DNA of 20,000 nucleotides from an uncultured virus (IMG/VR IMGVR_UViG_3300037993_000804). Taxonomy: Duplodnaviria > Heunggongvirae > Uroviricota > Caudoviricetes. The translations under genes and the position numbers were made by a program. The DNA lies in IMG/VR virus record IMGVR_UViG_3300037993_000804. The stretch is one strand, 5' to 3'. The notes beneath the pieces are model-generated. The model was not told where the DNA came from. It made no database searches and saw only the letters and a list, made by a program, of their open reading frames with translations. Shown piece by piece: positions 6,982 through 15,038 of the stretch. The number at the start of each line of letters is the position of its first letter. Positions within the stretch are counted from its first letter, which is position 1.

Positions 6982-9262
6982 CTTCTGGCGGCAGGATAAA
7001 TCCACCGACAGGGTCGCCGAACTGGCCTCCGTCCTGGGCGGCGCCGATTCCATGATTGGTGTCATGGGGTCGGGCGTCCGTACATCTTGGTCGCTCAACG
7101 GCCATTCCACGACCTACTGGTACGATGTGATGCAGGGACAATCGCACAGCATGGCGGTATTCCTGGATTACTCGCCGGTGGCCAAGTTGAAGCCGCCTTT
7201 CCGGGGGTCGGCGGTGGATGAAATCATCGGTTATGCCTCCCATGAGGGTGGGCATTGTCTCTGGTCAGACCCGGACACCAGAGTCAAGGTTGCGCTCTAT
7301 CTCCAAAACCACAGCGCCCGGCGGGCCAAGGATGCCTGGCTGGAAGCGCAGAACATGGGACTCAAGTCGCCCATCATGACGGAGATCCTCCGCATCGACA
7401 ACATTCTGGAAGATGCCTACATTGATTACCATGTGGCCGAAAAGTGGGAAGTGCTGGGCGAGTACATCAAGATTTCACGCCACGCGCTGGCTGTCCAGCG
7501 ACCGGCGGACTTCGACAAAATCGCGCAGATGGATGACCCGCCGCGGAATTTCATCGTGAACCTCTGGATAGCCTGCTCGCTGTACGACCACGAAATTCCT
7601 GCCCGGATGAGTAAGAAAGTAGGCAAGGCCATCAATTTCCTGATGAGTCAGTCCATGTCCGCCATCCAGACGAAAGACCCCGCCAAGCGGGTGGGATTCG
7701 CGGTCGAGTGCTGGCTACTGCTCGACAAGGAATTTCCGGCCAGCGATGAACTGATGCCGCGGACGCCGCCGCCTCCGCCACAGCCGAAGATGCCGGAGCC
7801 TCCCAAACAGGAACCCCAACCGCAACCGCAGGAAGGCGAAGAGCAAGGCGATGAGGGCGAACCCCAGGAGGGAGAAAGCGGTACGCCGGGAGATGGCAAG
7901 GGCGAGGGCGAGGGCGAGCCGAAATCCGAACCAGATGCCGGGAATGACGAGGCCGAGGCCGGCAAGTCCGAAGAGACCGGAGAGGCCGATGGGACGGAAG
8001 CCAATGGAGCAAGCGATTCCGAGTCCGAACCTGAACCCCAAACGGATGAAAAGGGCGAGGCCGGAGAATCCGATAAGACCGAAGCCGAGGCCGGAGATGA
8101 GGCCGAGGCTGATGAGGCCGACCATGAAGAGGGATTGGGTGGTGATGAGGATGCCGAGCCAACCGCTGACGATGGAGATGAGGCCGGGGATGATGGCGAG
8201 CAGGGTGGGGATGAGGCCGAAGGCGAGGCGGGCGAGGCTGGCGAAGCGGAAGAAGGCGGTAGCGAGGCCGGCGGGAAGAATCCCAGTGGTGATGATTCCC
8301 AACAGCAGGGCGCACCTCAAACCGCGCAAGCGCCGGATTCAGCGCCGGGCGGACAAGAGCAGGGAGTCGAAGGCAACCTGGATGACTTCGACATCCGGCA
8401 GCTCGGCGAGATTCCCGAAAAGCTGCTCGAAGCGGTGATGGATGCCATCGCCCACGAAATGGAGGACTTATCTCAATCCGTTCAGCAGGTTTGCCAGGGA
8501 CGGTACGGCAGTATCGCCGCCCTGACACAGAAAGGGGAGTACAATGCCGAGGCTGCCAACCGCGTCCACGCCGAAGTGCAAAGCGAAATCGCGGAAATGT
8601 CCCGGGTATTCGACCGGCAGAAACAACAAAAGACCAAACGGCAGAACGGACTCTTGGCCGGGAGACTCAATGGTCGGGCGCTAGCGAGAGTCGGCGCCGG
8701 AAACCTGCACGTCTACTCCCGCAAGCAGACCGTGGACACGCCAAGTCTGGCCGTAGGGCTGCTGCTGGACGTATCCGGTTCGATGAGTAGCCGAATGTCC
8801 GTAGTGTGGGCAACGGCCTGCGTATTCGCCGAGGCGCTGATACGGAAACAGGGCGTTAATTTCCTGGCGCTGACCTACACTGGCGGCGACAATGACGTAC
8901 AAACGACCCGGATTTGCGACAGGGCGCTGGGAAAGCTCTGCCTGGGGAATGTGGCCCAGGGTGGCGGCACTCCCTCCGGTCCGGCCATCGGTACGGTCAA
9001 GGTACTGATGGACAGAATGCCGGAAAAGCAGAAAGTCATCATCCACTTCACCGATGGGTCGCCGGATAATTCTCAGCAGGTCATCGAGGCGGTCGCAAAT
9101 TGCCGGAAAGCGGGCTACGCGGTCTGGGCAATCGTCCCCGCCGGATACGACCAGATGGCCGAAGCGCAGTACGGCGCCGGAAACTGGGAGACAATCAACT
9201 CATTCTCCGAACTGCCCCACAAAGTCGGGCAGCTGGTGGAAAAGTTAGTAAGTAAATCTTAA
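6956..9262 (+). CDS. VWA-domain protein (CobT/CbbO/NorD-like) with N-terminal HExxH motif and long acidic linker
   Basis: ASHEGGH and NILEDAYID; ~200 aa Pro then E/D/G-rich linker; MIDAS DVSGSM...GGTP...FTDG. Confidence 0.9.
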   Translation: MKRDRNLSDFWRQDKSTDRVAELASVLGGADSMIGVMGSGVRTSWSLNGHSTTYWYDVMQGQSHSMAVFLDYSPVAKLKPPFRGSAVDEIIGYASHEGGHCLWSDPDTRVKVALYLQNHSARRAKDAWLEAQNMGLKSPIMTEILRIDNILEDAYIDYHVAEKWEVLGEYIKISRHALAVQRPADFDKIAQMDDPPRNFIVNLWIACSLYDHEIPARMSKKVGKAINFLMSQSMSAIQTKDPAKRVGFAVECWLLLDKEFPASDELMPRTPPPPPQPKMPEPPKQEPQPQPQEGEEQGDEGEPQEGESGTPGDGKGEGEGEPKSEPDAGNDEAEAGKSEETGEADGTEANGASDSESEPEPQTDEKGEAGESDKTEAEAGDEAEADEADHEEGLGGDEDAEPTADDGDEAGDDGEQGGDEAEGEAGEAGEAEEGGSEAGGKNPSGDDSQQQGAPQTAQAPDSAPGGQEQGVEGNLDDFDIRQLGEIPEKLLEAVMDAIAHEMEDLSQSVQQVCQGRYGSIAALTQKGEYNAEAANRVHAEVQSEIAEMSRVFDRQKQQKTKRQNGLLAGRLNGRALARVGAGNLHVYSRKQTVDTPSLAVGLLLDVSGSMSSRMSVVWATACVFAEALIRKQGVNFLALTYTGGDNDVQTTRICDRALGKLCLGNVAQGGGTPSGPAIGTVKVLMDRMPEKQKVIIHFTDGSPDNSQQVIEAVANCRKAGYAVWAIVPAGYDQMAEAQYGAGNWETINSFSELPHKVGQLVEKLVSKS

Positions 9263-9275
9263 AGGAGGCCAAACG

Positions 9276-9431
9276 ATGTGCAAGCTACGAGAAGGGAAAA
9301 AACAATGTATCTGGTGGAACAAGGAGGGTAACAAATGCGTCAATCCCAATATACTGATTCAGCCGGATGCCTCATGCCAGGCGGAAATGCCGGAGGCCAA
9401 AGATGCCGGATATTATCGGGTGGCGGGATGA
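9276..9431 (+). CDS. Small 4-Cys protein (51 aa, not in ORF track)
   Basis: AAGGAGG RBS; MCKLREGKKQCIWWNKEGNKCVNPNILIQPDASCQ...; ATGA overlap with next gene. Confidence 0.65.
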   Translation: MCKLREGKKQCIWWNKEGNKCVNPNILIQPDASCQAEMPEAKDAGYYRVAG

Positions 9432-9745
9432 CGACACCGAATAAAATCCCCAGAACCTCTTTCAGTCAGGTCATGGCTGATATGCAGGCCAAGGCTCAAC
9501 GCATGGCCGAAATCCATAAGACCAATGGCGGGATGTGCCAGCTCTGCGGCAAGAATAAGGCCGAGTATCCAGACGGGTTCGACCCCTACCACTGTCATAC
9601 CTGCAACGAGGAAACCCTGAAAATCGTGCGTCAGCTTTCAGGGCAGCCGGGATTCATGGCGATGACGTTTCACCTCCCGGGCGCAACCGGCCCGGGAATT
9701 GACCCCAGTGTTGATACGAGTCCAATAAAAAAGGAGGTGGAGTAA
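9428..9745 (+). CDS. Zinc-finger hypothetical protein
   Basis: ATG 9428 coupled to previous stop; CQLC...CHTC. Confidence 0.7.
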   Translation: MTTPNKIPRTSFSQVMADMQAKAQRMAEIHKTNGGMCQLCGKNKAEYPDGFDPYHCHTCNEETLKIVRQLSGQPGFMAMTFHLPGATGPGIDPSVDTSPIKKEVE

Positions 9746-9901
9746 TTGGATTTAATTTTGACGAAGGACACCAGCAAAGACCTGAAGAATTCGGTACGGT
9801 GGGGAGATGAGAACGGACACAACATCTACCTGAAGAAACCCGAAGCCGCTGCCCTGGGAAACCCTGACAAAATCAAAATTGTCATCACAGCGGAAAAGTA
9901 A
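9746..9901 (+). CDS. Small beta-rich protein (51 aa, TTG start), possibly AbrB-like
   Basis: AAGGAGGTG RBS; MDLILTKDTSKDLKNSVRWGDENGHNIYLKKPEAAALGNPDKIKIVITAEK. Confidence 0.65.
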   Translation: MDLILTKDTSKDLKNSVRWGDENGHNIYLKKPEAAALGNPDKIKIVITAEK

Positions 9902-9963
9902 CTGACCGATTCGCCCACACAGGCGGAGGCTGACACTTCCGCCTGTCCAGCGAGGCGGTGAGT
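9901..9963 (+). promoter_or_regulatory. Long irregular intergenic hairpin
   Basis: ACAGGCGGAGG/CTTCCGCCTGT core, extended by TCGC/GCGA and ACCG/CGGT. Confidence 0.65.
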
Positions 9964-9993
9964 CTCGAAAATAAATTTATGGGGGATAACCAT

Positions 9994-10317
9994 ATGGGTG
10001 CGATGAAACACACGATGGATGCCGTTGCCGAAAGAATGGGGATTAACGACCCCAATGACCCGCGAGTCTTGACAGAGGTGGCCAAGGCTCTGGGCGATGT
10101 GACCCGGAAATATCGACCCGACAGATTCGACTTCGAGGAAGCGGTCGAAGAACTGGCCAGCGAGATAGCTCTCAAGTGGACTTCCTACGAGTTTGACACC
10201 CTCCCCAAAGATGAGCAGTTCAAAATCTGGCAGGAGGCCGAGAGGCAAATCACCGACAGAATGGCGTCCGAGGCAGAGGCCAGACGGGAACTGATGCTCG
10301 ACCGGAAAATGGGATGA
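9994..10317 (+). CDS. Hypothetical helical protein
   Basis: GGGGGA RBS before ATG 9994; ATGA overlap with next gene. Confidence 0.7.
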   Translation: MGAMKHTMDAVAERMGINDPNDPRVLTEVAKALGDVTRKYRPDRFDFEEAVEELASEIALKWTSYEFDTLPKDEQFKIWQEAERQITDRMASEAEARRELMLDRKMG

Positions 10318-10514
10318 GCGTCGAACTGGAATTCATGCGAGCCTGTCTGGAGAATGAACGGCGGGCATTGAAACAGGCGCAATCTTCCCCGTTGGACGGC
10401 ATCGTTCCTGAGTGGTCAGGCGTAATTGACATTCTGCAGGACAAGGTCACCATTATGGAGAAAGAAATCGCCGAGCAAGAAAAATTGGAAAACACCCCGA
10501 CAACTCCGAGCTAA
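10314..10514 (+). CDS. Small coiled-coil hypothetical protein
   Basis: 66 aa, translationally coupled. Confidence 0.65.
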   Translation: MSVELEFMRACLENERRALKQAQSSPLDGIVPEWSGVIDILQDKVTIMEKEIAEQEKLENTPTTPS

Positions 10515-10532
10515 AACCCTGATAGGGCGATA

Positions 10533-10598
10533 GGCTCTTCTCTCCACTCCGGCAGCAGTAGTTTCGACCGCTACTGCTGCTCAGTGGGGACAAGAACC
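10533..10598 (+). promoter_or_regulatory. Long irregular intergenic hairpin upstream of ku
   Basis: GCAGCAGTAG/CTACTGCTGC core, extended by TCTCCACT/AGTGGGGA and TCTT/AAGA. Confidence 0.65.
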
Positions 10599-10625
10599 CC
10601 GGAATAAATTTAGGAGGTGGTGCAA

Positions 10626-11420
10626 ATGGCACCGAAATCAACCTGGAAAGGTGGTTTAGGGTTTGGAATGGTTTCTATCCCCATCAAACTCTATACCGCG
10701 GTGGATGAGAAAAGTATCGACTTCCACCAAATGCACCGTGCTTGCGGCGGGCGGATTAAGCAATCGCTGACCTGTCCGAAGTGCAATGTTACGGTAGACC
10801 GGAAAGACCTCGTCAAAGGCTATGAGGTCGGGAAAGACCAGTACGTTTATCTGGAAGAGGCCGAACTTGCCTCAGCTCGGCTCAAATCCCTGAAAAACAT
10901 TGACGTACTGGAATTCGTACCGGCGGGCGAAATTGACGCCCGGATGTACGAATCAGCGTACCATGTCATCCCCGAAGAGGCAGGCGTCAAGGCATTCTCC
11001 CTATTCCTGCAGGCGATGGCGAAAGTCAACATGGTCGGGATAGCCAAGTTGACCTTTAAGACCAAGGAAAAGTTATGCGCCATCCGGCCATTCGGCAAGG
11101 TCATTCTACTGCAAACCCTGTACTACGCGGATGAGATTAAACCCACATCCGAAGTCGAGGTCAAACTGGCGGATGTCTCTGAGCGCGAGATGACGATGGC
11201 CGTCTCCCTGGTGCAGTCCATGGCCAGCGATAAGACCAACCTCTCCAAGTACGAAGATAAGTACCGGGAGGCGCTCAAAGAAATCATCCAGTCGAAACTG
11301 GATGGCAAACCGTTCACCCCGGAAGTCGTCGTTGAAGCGCCTGCGCCCGACCTGGTGGATGCGCTGATGGCCTCCATCAACGCCGCCAATGCCAAGAAAA
11401 CCCCTGCGGCGGTGAGCTAA
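10626..11420 (+). CDS. ku: Ku DNA end-binding protein (prokaryotic NHEJ)
   Basis: WKGGLGFGMVSIPIKLYTA, FHQMHRACGGRIK..CPKC, LVKGYEVGKDQYV, LQTLYYADEI, DLVDALMASI; AGGAGGT RBS. Confidence 0.95.
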   Translation: MAPKSTWKGGLGFGMVSIPIKLYTAVDEKSIDFHQMHRACGGRIKQSLTCPKCNVTVDRKDLVKGYEVGKDQYVYLEEAELASARLKSLKNIDVLEFVPAGEIDARMYESAYHVIPEEAGVKAFSLFLQAMAKVNMVGIAKLTFKTKEKLCAIRPFGKVILLQTLYYADEIKPTSEVEVKLADVSEREMTMAVSLVQSMASDKTNLSKYEDKYREALKEIIQSKLDGKPFTPEVVVEAPAPDLVDALMASINAANAKKTPAAVS

Positions 11421-11890
11421 TGACCTGCATTGATTGTGGTGGGCCATCTCTTGGGAAGAGATGCTTAAAGTGCTACAAGGCGAGTCGGATTCGGGAATCG
11501 AAAGGCTGGACTGACCCCAAAACGGGACGTGTCTGGATTAGACTACCTGAGCATCCCAGGGCAAAGAAAAACGGCTATGTTCAGAGAGCCATAGTGGTTC
11601 TTGAAGCTAAATTGGGAAGGTATCTTGATTGGCCTCGGGAAGTGGCTCATCACATCAATGAAGACAAAGGGGATGACGACCCGAAGAATTTGGAGGCAAA
11701 GCCCAGACCTATCCATACCAGAGACCATGAAACTAAGCACGAATTTACCCGAGAGGAATTAGTGCAGATGTATGAGGTTCAGGGGATGAGTCTCAAGGAA
11801 ATTGCTGCCCCGTATGGTCTTCATTGGAGTACGGTAGCTATCCAGATGCAGAAGAAAGGCATCCCACGGCGTCGTTCAGGTAAAAGGTGA
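11420..11890 (+). CDS. Free-standing HNH endonuclease (putative homing endonuclease) with N-terminal Cys4 and C-terminal HTH
   Basis: PEHPRAKKNGYV, EAKLGRYL, AHHINEDKGDDDPKNL, H..H; GMSLKEIAAPYGLHWSTV HTH; visibly AT-richer codons. Confidence 0.85.
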   Translation: MTCIDCGGPSLGKRCLKCYKASRIRESKGWTDPKTGRVWIRLPEHPRAKKNGYVQRAIVVLEAKLGRYLDWPREVAHHINEDKGDDDPKNLEAKPRPIHTRDHETKHEFTREELVQMYEVQGMSLKEIAAPYGLHWSTVAIQMQKKGIPRRRSGKR

Positions 11891-12846
11891 AAACTATGGA
11901 AATAATAAAACCGATGTTAGCTGAAACAGCACAGGAACCCTTTGATTCACCAGACCATGTGTTTGAATGGAAATTCAATGGTATGAGAATGTTGGGACAT
12001 AAAGACGGTAATAGTTACAAGCTGCAAGGCCGCAGCGGGGCGGACTACACGGCCCAATTCCCGGAACTGGCCGATATTGCCAAGTTGATCTCCCGCGACC
12101 ACGTTATCATCGACGGAGAAATCGTCTCCCTGGGACCCAACGGATTACCCGAATTCAACCGCATCCAGAACCGCTTCAACCAGCATGACCCGCTGGTCAT
12201 CCAGAACATGATGAAGCAATTCCCGGCGGTCTACATGGTTTTCGATATCCTGGAGGTCGATGAGTTTGACCTCAAAGCCGGTGGGAAGGCGCAAGCGACC
12301 CTGATGCAGCGCAAGGAAATCTTGAGTAAGGTCGTTACTCCCAACGGCGTGCTGAAATTGTCTCCCTGGGTGGAGACGCAAGGCAAGGCTCTCCACGCCA
12401 AAGCGGTCGAAACGGCGCAAGAAGGCGTCATGGCCAAGACGAAGTCCGGCCTGTACGTCCCGGGTGGCCGTAACGCCGACTGGCTGAAGATGAAAGTCCC
12501 CAAATATCACAATTTTGTGATATGCGGCTACACGAAAGGGACTGGCTGGCGCGAGGGAAGCGTGGGGGCAATCGTGCTGGGCGACAAGCGAGATGGCCAG
12601 CTCGTCTATGTCGGATGCGCCGGTTCCGGGTTCACCGCCAAGCAGGTCGAAGATATGTACTACGACCTGGAAAATATCAGGACGGCGGATAACCCCTTCC
12701 CGGCCGGTACGAAAGTGCCGAATCTGGAAACCTGGGTACACCCGGAAATCACTGTCCGGGTCAAATACTACGATGTCACCAAAGATGGTCAGCTGATATG
12801 GCCGATCTTCCAGGGAATAGTCAATACAACAGGAGGTGTCGCATGA
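11887..12846 (+). CDS. ATP-dependent DNA ligase (LigD/LigC-type ligase + OB domains only)
   Basis: KPMLA, EWKFNGMR (motif I), IIDGEIV (III), VFDIL (IIIa), EGVMAK (IV), WLKMK (V), VGCAGSGF. Confidence 0.92.
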   Translation: MKTMEIIKPMLAETAQEPFDSPDHVFEWKFNGMRMLGHKDGNSYKLQGRSGADYTAQFPELADIAKLISRDHVIIDGEIVSLGPNGLPEFNRIQNRFNQHDPLVIQNMMKQFPAVYMVFDILEVDEFDLKAGGKAQATLMQRKEILSKVVTPNGVLKLSPWVETQGKALHAKAVETAQEGVMAKTKSGLYVPGGRNADWLKMKVPKYHNFVICGYTKGTGWREGSVGAIVLGDKRDGQLVYVGCAGSGFTAKQVEDMYYDLENIRTADNPFPAGTKVPNLETWVHPEITVRVKYYDVTKDGQLIWPIFQGIVNTTGGVA

Positions 12847-13148
12847 CACTGGCAGCCAAACGGAAAACAACTCATGTCACCTGCGGAATTTGCGGGTGGC
12901 GCGGCACCCAGGCGGACTGCAGTTTCGGCCATGACGATTTCTACTGTCCCAAATGCGGGAAAGAGTCGCTGACCGCAGTACCGGCGGGCCGCTGCATGAA
13001 TCAACCTGTCCCTTCCAAATTCTGTCCGCGATGCGGGGTCGCATTTGCCATTCATGAGGGCGATGGGGCTTGTCCCGTCGCTGATGATGAGAAAGCGGAC
13101 GTAGCCGATGACCTGGCCACGCCGCAAGTAATCGGAAAATCGGTATAA
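12843..13148 (+). CDS. Cys-rich multi zinc-ribbon protein
   Basis: AGGAGGT RBS; CGIC, CPKC, CPRC. Confidence 0.7.
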   Translation: MTLAAKRKTTHVTCGICGWRGTQADCSFGHDDFYCPKCGKESLTAVPAGRCMNQPVPSKFCPRCGVAFAIHEGDGACPVADDEKADVADDLATPQVIGKSV

Positions 13149-13162
13149 GGAGGTGAGAATCA

Positions 13163-13552
13163 GTGGGAAGTAGAATTGGCGGCACACTCTGGAAAGCCGG
13201 GGCGCAAGCACCCACCTATGTCGGTGGAAAGACTTTCACTCCGGTAGCCTGGTATCCCAGTTCGTCAGACCCGAATAAGGGTTACACCGTCTGCGAGGTC
13301 AGCGACGGCACCACATCCTGCGATTGTATGGGCTGGACACGCCGTAATCCGCTGGGAGGCCGTACCTGCAAGCACACCCAGGACTATGAAGCCTACCTGC
13401 GGGGGACTCAGCCGAGCGCCATTTCCAAGCAGGCCAAACCGGCAGCCATGCCCGATCCGCCCGTAACGGTCAAGCCGAAAGCCGAACCGAAGTCCGAGCG
13501 CGGCGGCAGTCTCGAAGATTTGTTCAAGAAATTGGACAAGACGGGGATATGA
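13163..13552 (+). CDS. SWIM-type zinc-finger protein
   Basis: SSSDPNKGYTV...SCDCMGW...CKH; AAGGAGGTG RBS, GTG start. Confidence 0.8.
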   Translation: MGSRIGGTLWKAGAQAPTYVGGKTFTPVAWYPSSSDPNKGYTVCEVSDGTTSCDCMGWTRRNPLGGRTCKHTQDYEAYLRGTQPSAISKQAKPAAMPDPPVTVKPKAEPKSERGGSLEDLFKKLDKTGI

Positions 13553-13556
13553 AGCG

Positions 13557-13925
13557 ATGACGCAAGAAAATCCGACTTTCAAGGTTGCTGAGGGCATCGT
13601 GGATTACAACCATTACTTCGAGGCGTTGCGTTTCGAGGAAAAACTGAAACCGGGCGATGAGTGCATCGCCCGGTGGACAAGCTGCGGACGTTTCTATCAG
13701 ACGATGGTACGGATAATCAAGATCAACTCATACTCCATCGCCGGGGAAATTCTCGCGCCGCTGGACGGGTACCCGTTGGGCTGGCACATCTCCTGCCCCA
13801 GAGTCACCCATAGTCGCACATGGTCTTACAATAACCGGATGGCGCCGGTGAAGGAACCCCAGCCGGTTCTTTCGCTGGCCGAGCGCCTGGCAAATTTGGA
13901 AAAGGAGGCACACAAAAATGGCTGA
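13557..13925 (+). CDS. Hypothetical protein, possible SH3/Tudor-like fold
   Basis: LKPGDECIARW...FYQTMVRIIKIN. Confidence 0.7.
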   Translation: MTQENPTFKVAEGIVDYNHYFEALRFEEKLKPGDECIARWTSCGRFYQTMVRIIKINSYSIAGEILAPLDGYPLGWHISCPRVTHSRTWSYNNRMAPVKEPQPVLSLAERLANLEKEAHKNG

Positions 13926-14124
13926 AGTGGCCACAAAGCAGAAACATCTCCATGTGACCGTGGATTTGGTTGTCAACGAAGACAACTGGAACGAAGCGGT
14001 CGCCCAGGGATGCACGGATTCATTACTGGTCAGCGAGGTCCGTCAATCGTTCTACGTTCCCAGCGGCCGGCTGTGGGACGATGGCGAGGTGCAAAATGTC
14101 GAGGTTATCGAGGTGCAGGGATGA
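13918..14124 (+). CDS. Small hypothetical protein
   Basis: AAGGAGG RBS; 68 aa. Confidence 0.7.
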   Translation: MAEVATKQKHLHVTVDLVVNEDNWNEAVAQGCTDSLLVSEVRQSFYVPSGRLWDDGEVQNVEVIEVQG

Positions 14125-14489
14125 GTACACCGGCAAGAAATAACCTCAGAACGATTCAGGACAGATTCGGAGAAATGGTACGGTCGGACATGCCCTGCAC
14201 GCTGGTATTCGATGGAAAGAAATTGACGCTGGTGGCCCAGGGCCTGCCCCCGCAGGAAATGCCCTGCAGCCCGACCATCATCGAGTCCACGTCCGACCTC
14301 ACGGATGACACGGTTTACAGCCTGACGGGAGACGACATCGACACCGTCTGCGATGACGAGTCGGTGACTCTGCTCGAAGGGGAATTCTATCAGGTCAAGA
14401 AAGGCATCGAGGCGGGACTGGGGAACGACTGGTACGATGTCGTCAAGTACGCCATCGAGGCGGCCGTCGATTCGAGGCACTCCTCATGA
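14121..14489 (+). CDS. Acidic hypothetical protein
   Basis: GAGGTG RBS, ATG 14121 overlapping previous stop. Confidence 0.7.
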   Translation: MSTPARNNLRTIQDRFGEMVRSDMPCTLVFDGKKLTLVAQGLPPQEMPCSPTIIESTSDLTDDTVYSLTGDDIDTVCDDESVTLLEGEFYQVKKGIEAGLGNDWYDVVKYAIEAAVDSRHSS

Positions 14490-14665
14490 GCCTGTTGTGT
14501 GCGAATTGCGGAAAAGTTATCGTGCAGAGTCCCACCCTTGACCATTATGCCTGCTGCGCCCAATGCGATGTGACCAAACTGACCAAAGAGCAGGTACGGA
14601 AAATCGAAGAAAGCGGGGCGGCGTTCCGGCAAGCCGCCCGGGAGGGTAAATGTGACCACAGGTAA
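14486..14665 (+). CDS. Small zinc-finger protein (59 aa, not in ORF track)
   Basis: ATGA coupling; CANC...CAQC. Confidence 0.6.
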   Translation: MSLLCANCGKVIVQSPTLDHYACCAQCDVTKLTKEQVRKIEESGAAFRQAAREGKCDHR

Positions 14666-14948
14666 AAAGTTGGAATTCATCTTGGTTGAGTTCAACGGGG
14701 ATTGGGTTTACCTGGCCGAGCCGTACAAGGTCGTTCATTACGACTGGCTGGACAAGGGCGGCTACAGTATTCCCGGATCACGCTGGTCGGCTTACGTCCG
14801 CATCCCGAGCGAACATCTGGTGGACGGTAAACCACGGAAGATCAGTCTCTTCGGCAACCGGGTCGAGAAAGACCGGGATTACGATACCAAAGAAGAGGCG
14901 ATGGAAGCCTGCCAGCGGCACCTTGACCGGCTGGCGAAGGGCGGCTGA
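14652..14948 (+). CDS. Hypothetical protein
   Basis: GGAGGG RBS, GTG start; ends YDTKEEAMEACQRH, a common phage ORFan pattern. Confidence 0.7.
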   Translation: MTTGKKLEFILVEFNGDWVYLAEPYKVVHYDWLDKGGYSIPGSRWSAYVRIPSEHLVDGKPRKISLFGNRVEKDRDYDTKEEAMEACQRHLDRLAKGG

Positions 14949-15007
14949 ATTCTCCGAGGCCGAGTGGACTACTTTCAGGCACAGTAGTCCACTTCCCTGG
15001 GCGAATT
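14947..15007 (+). promoter_or_regulatory. Long irregular intergenic hairpin upstream of clamp-like gene
   Basis: AGTGGACTACT/AGTAGTCCACT core, extended by AGG/CCT and AATTC/GAATT. Confidence 0.65.
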
Positions 15008-15038
15008 AACGCTCAAATATTTAGGAGGTGGCAAGAAT

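Noticed and set aside
7632..8528. Long minus-strand and alternative-frame ORFs over the VWA linker and other genes
   Set aside because: Shadows of GC-rich or low-complexity + strand genes; no RBS or motifs.
5529..9262. Cobaltochelatase CobST or rubisco/NO-reductase activase function
   Set aside because: No cobN, cbb or nor genes nearby; only the family-level call is supported.
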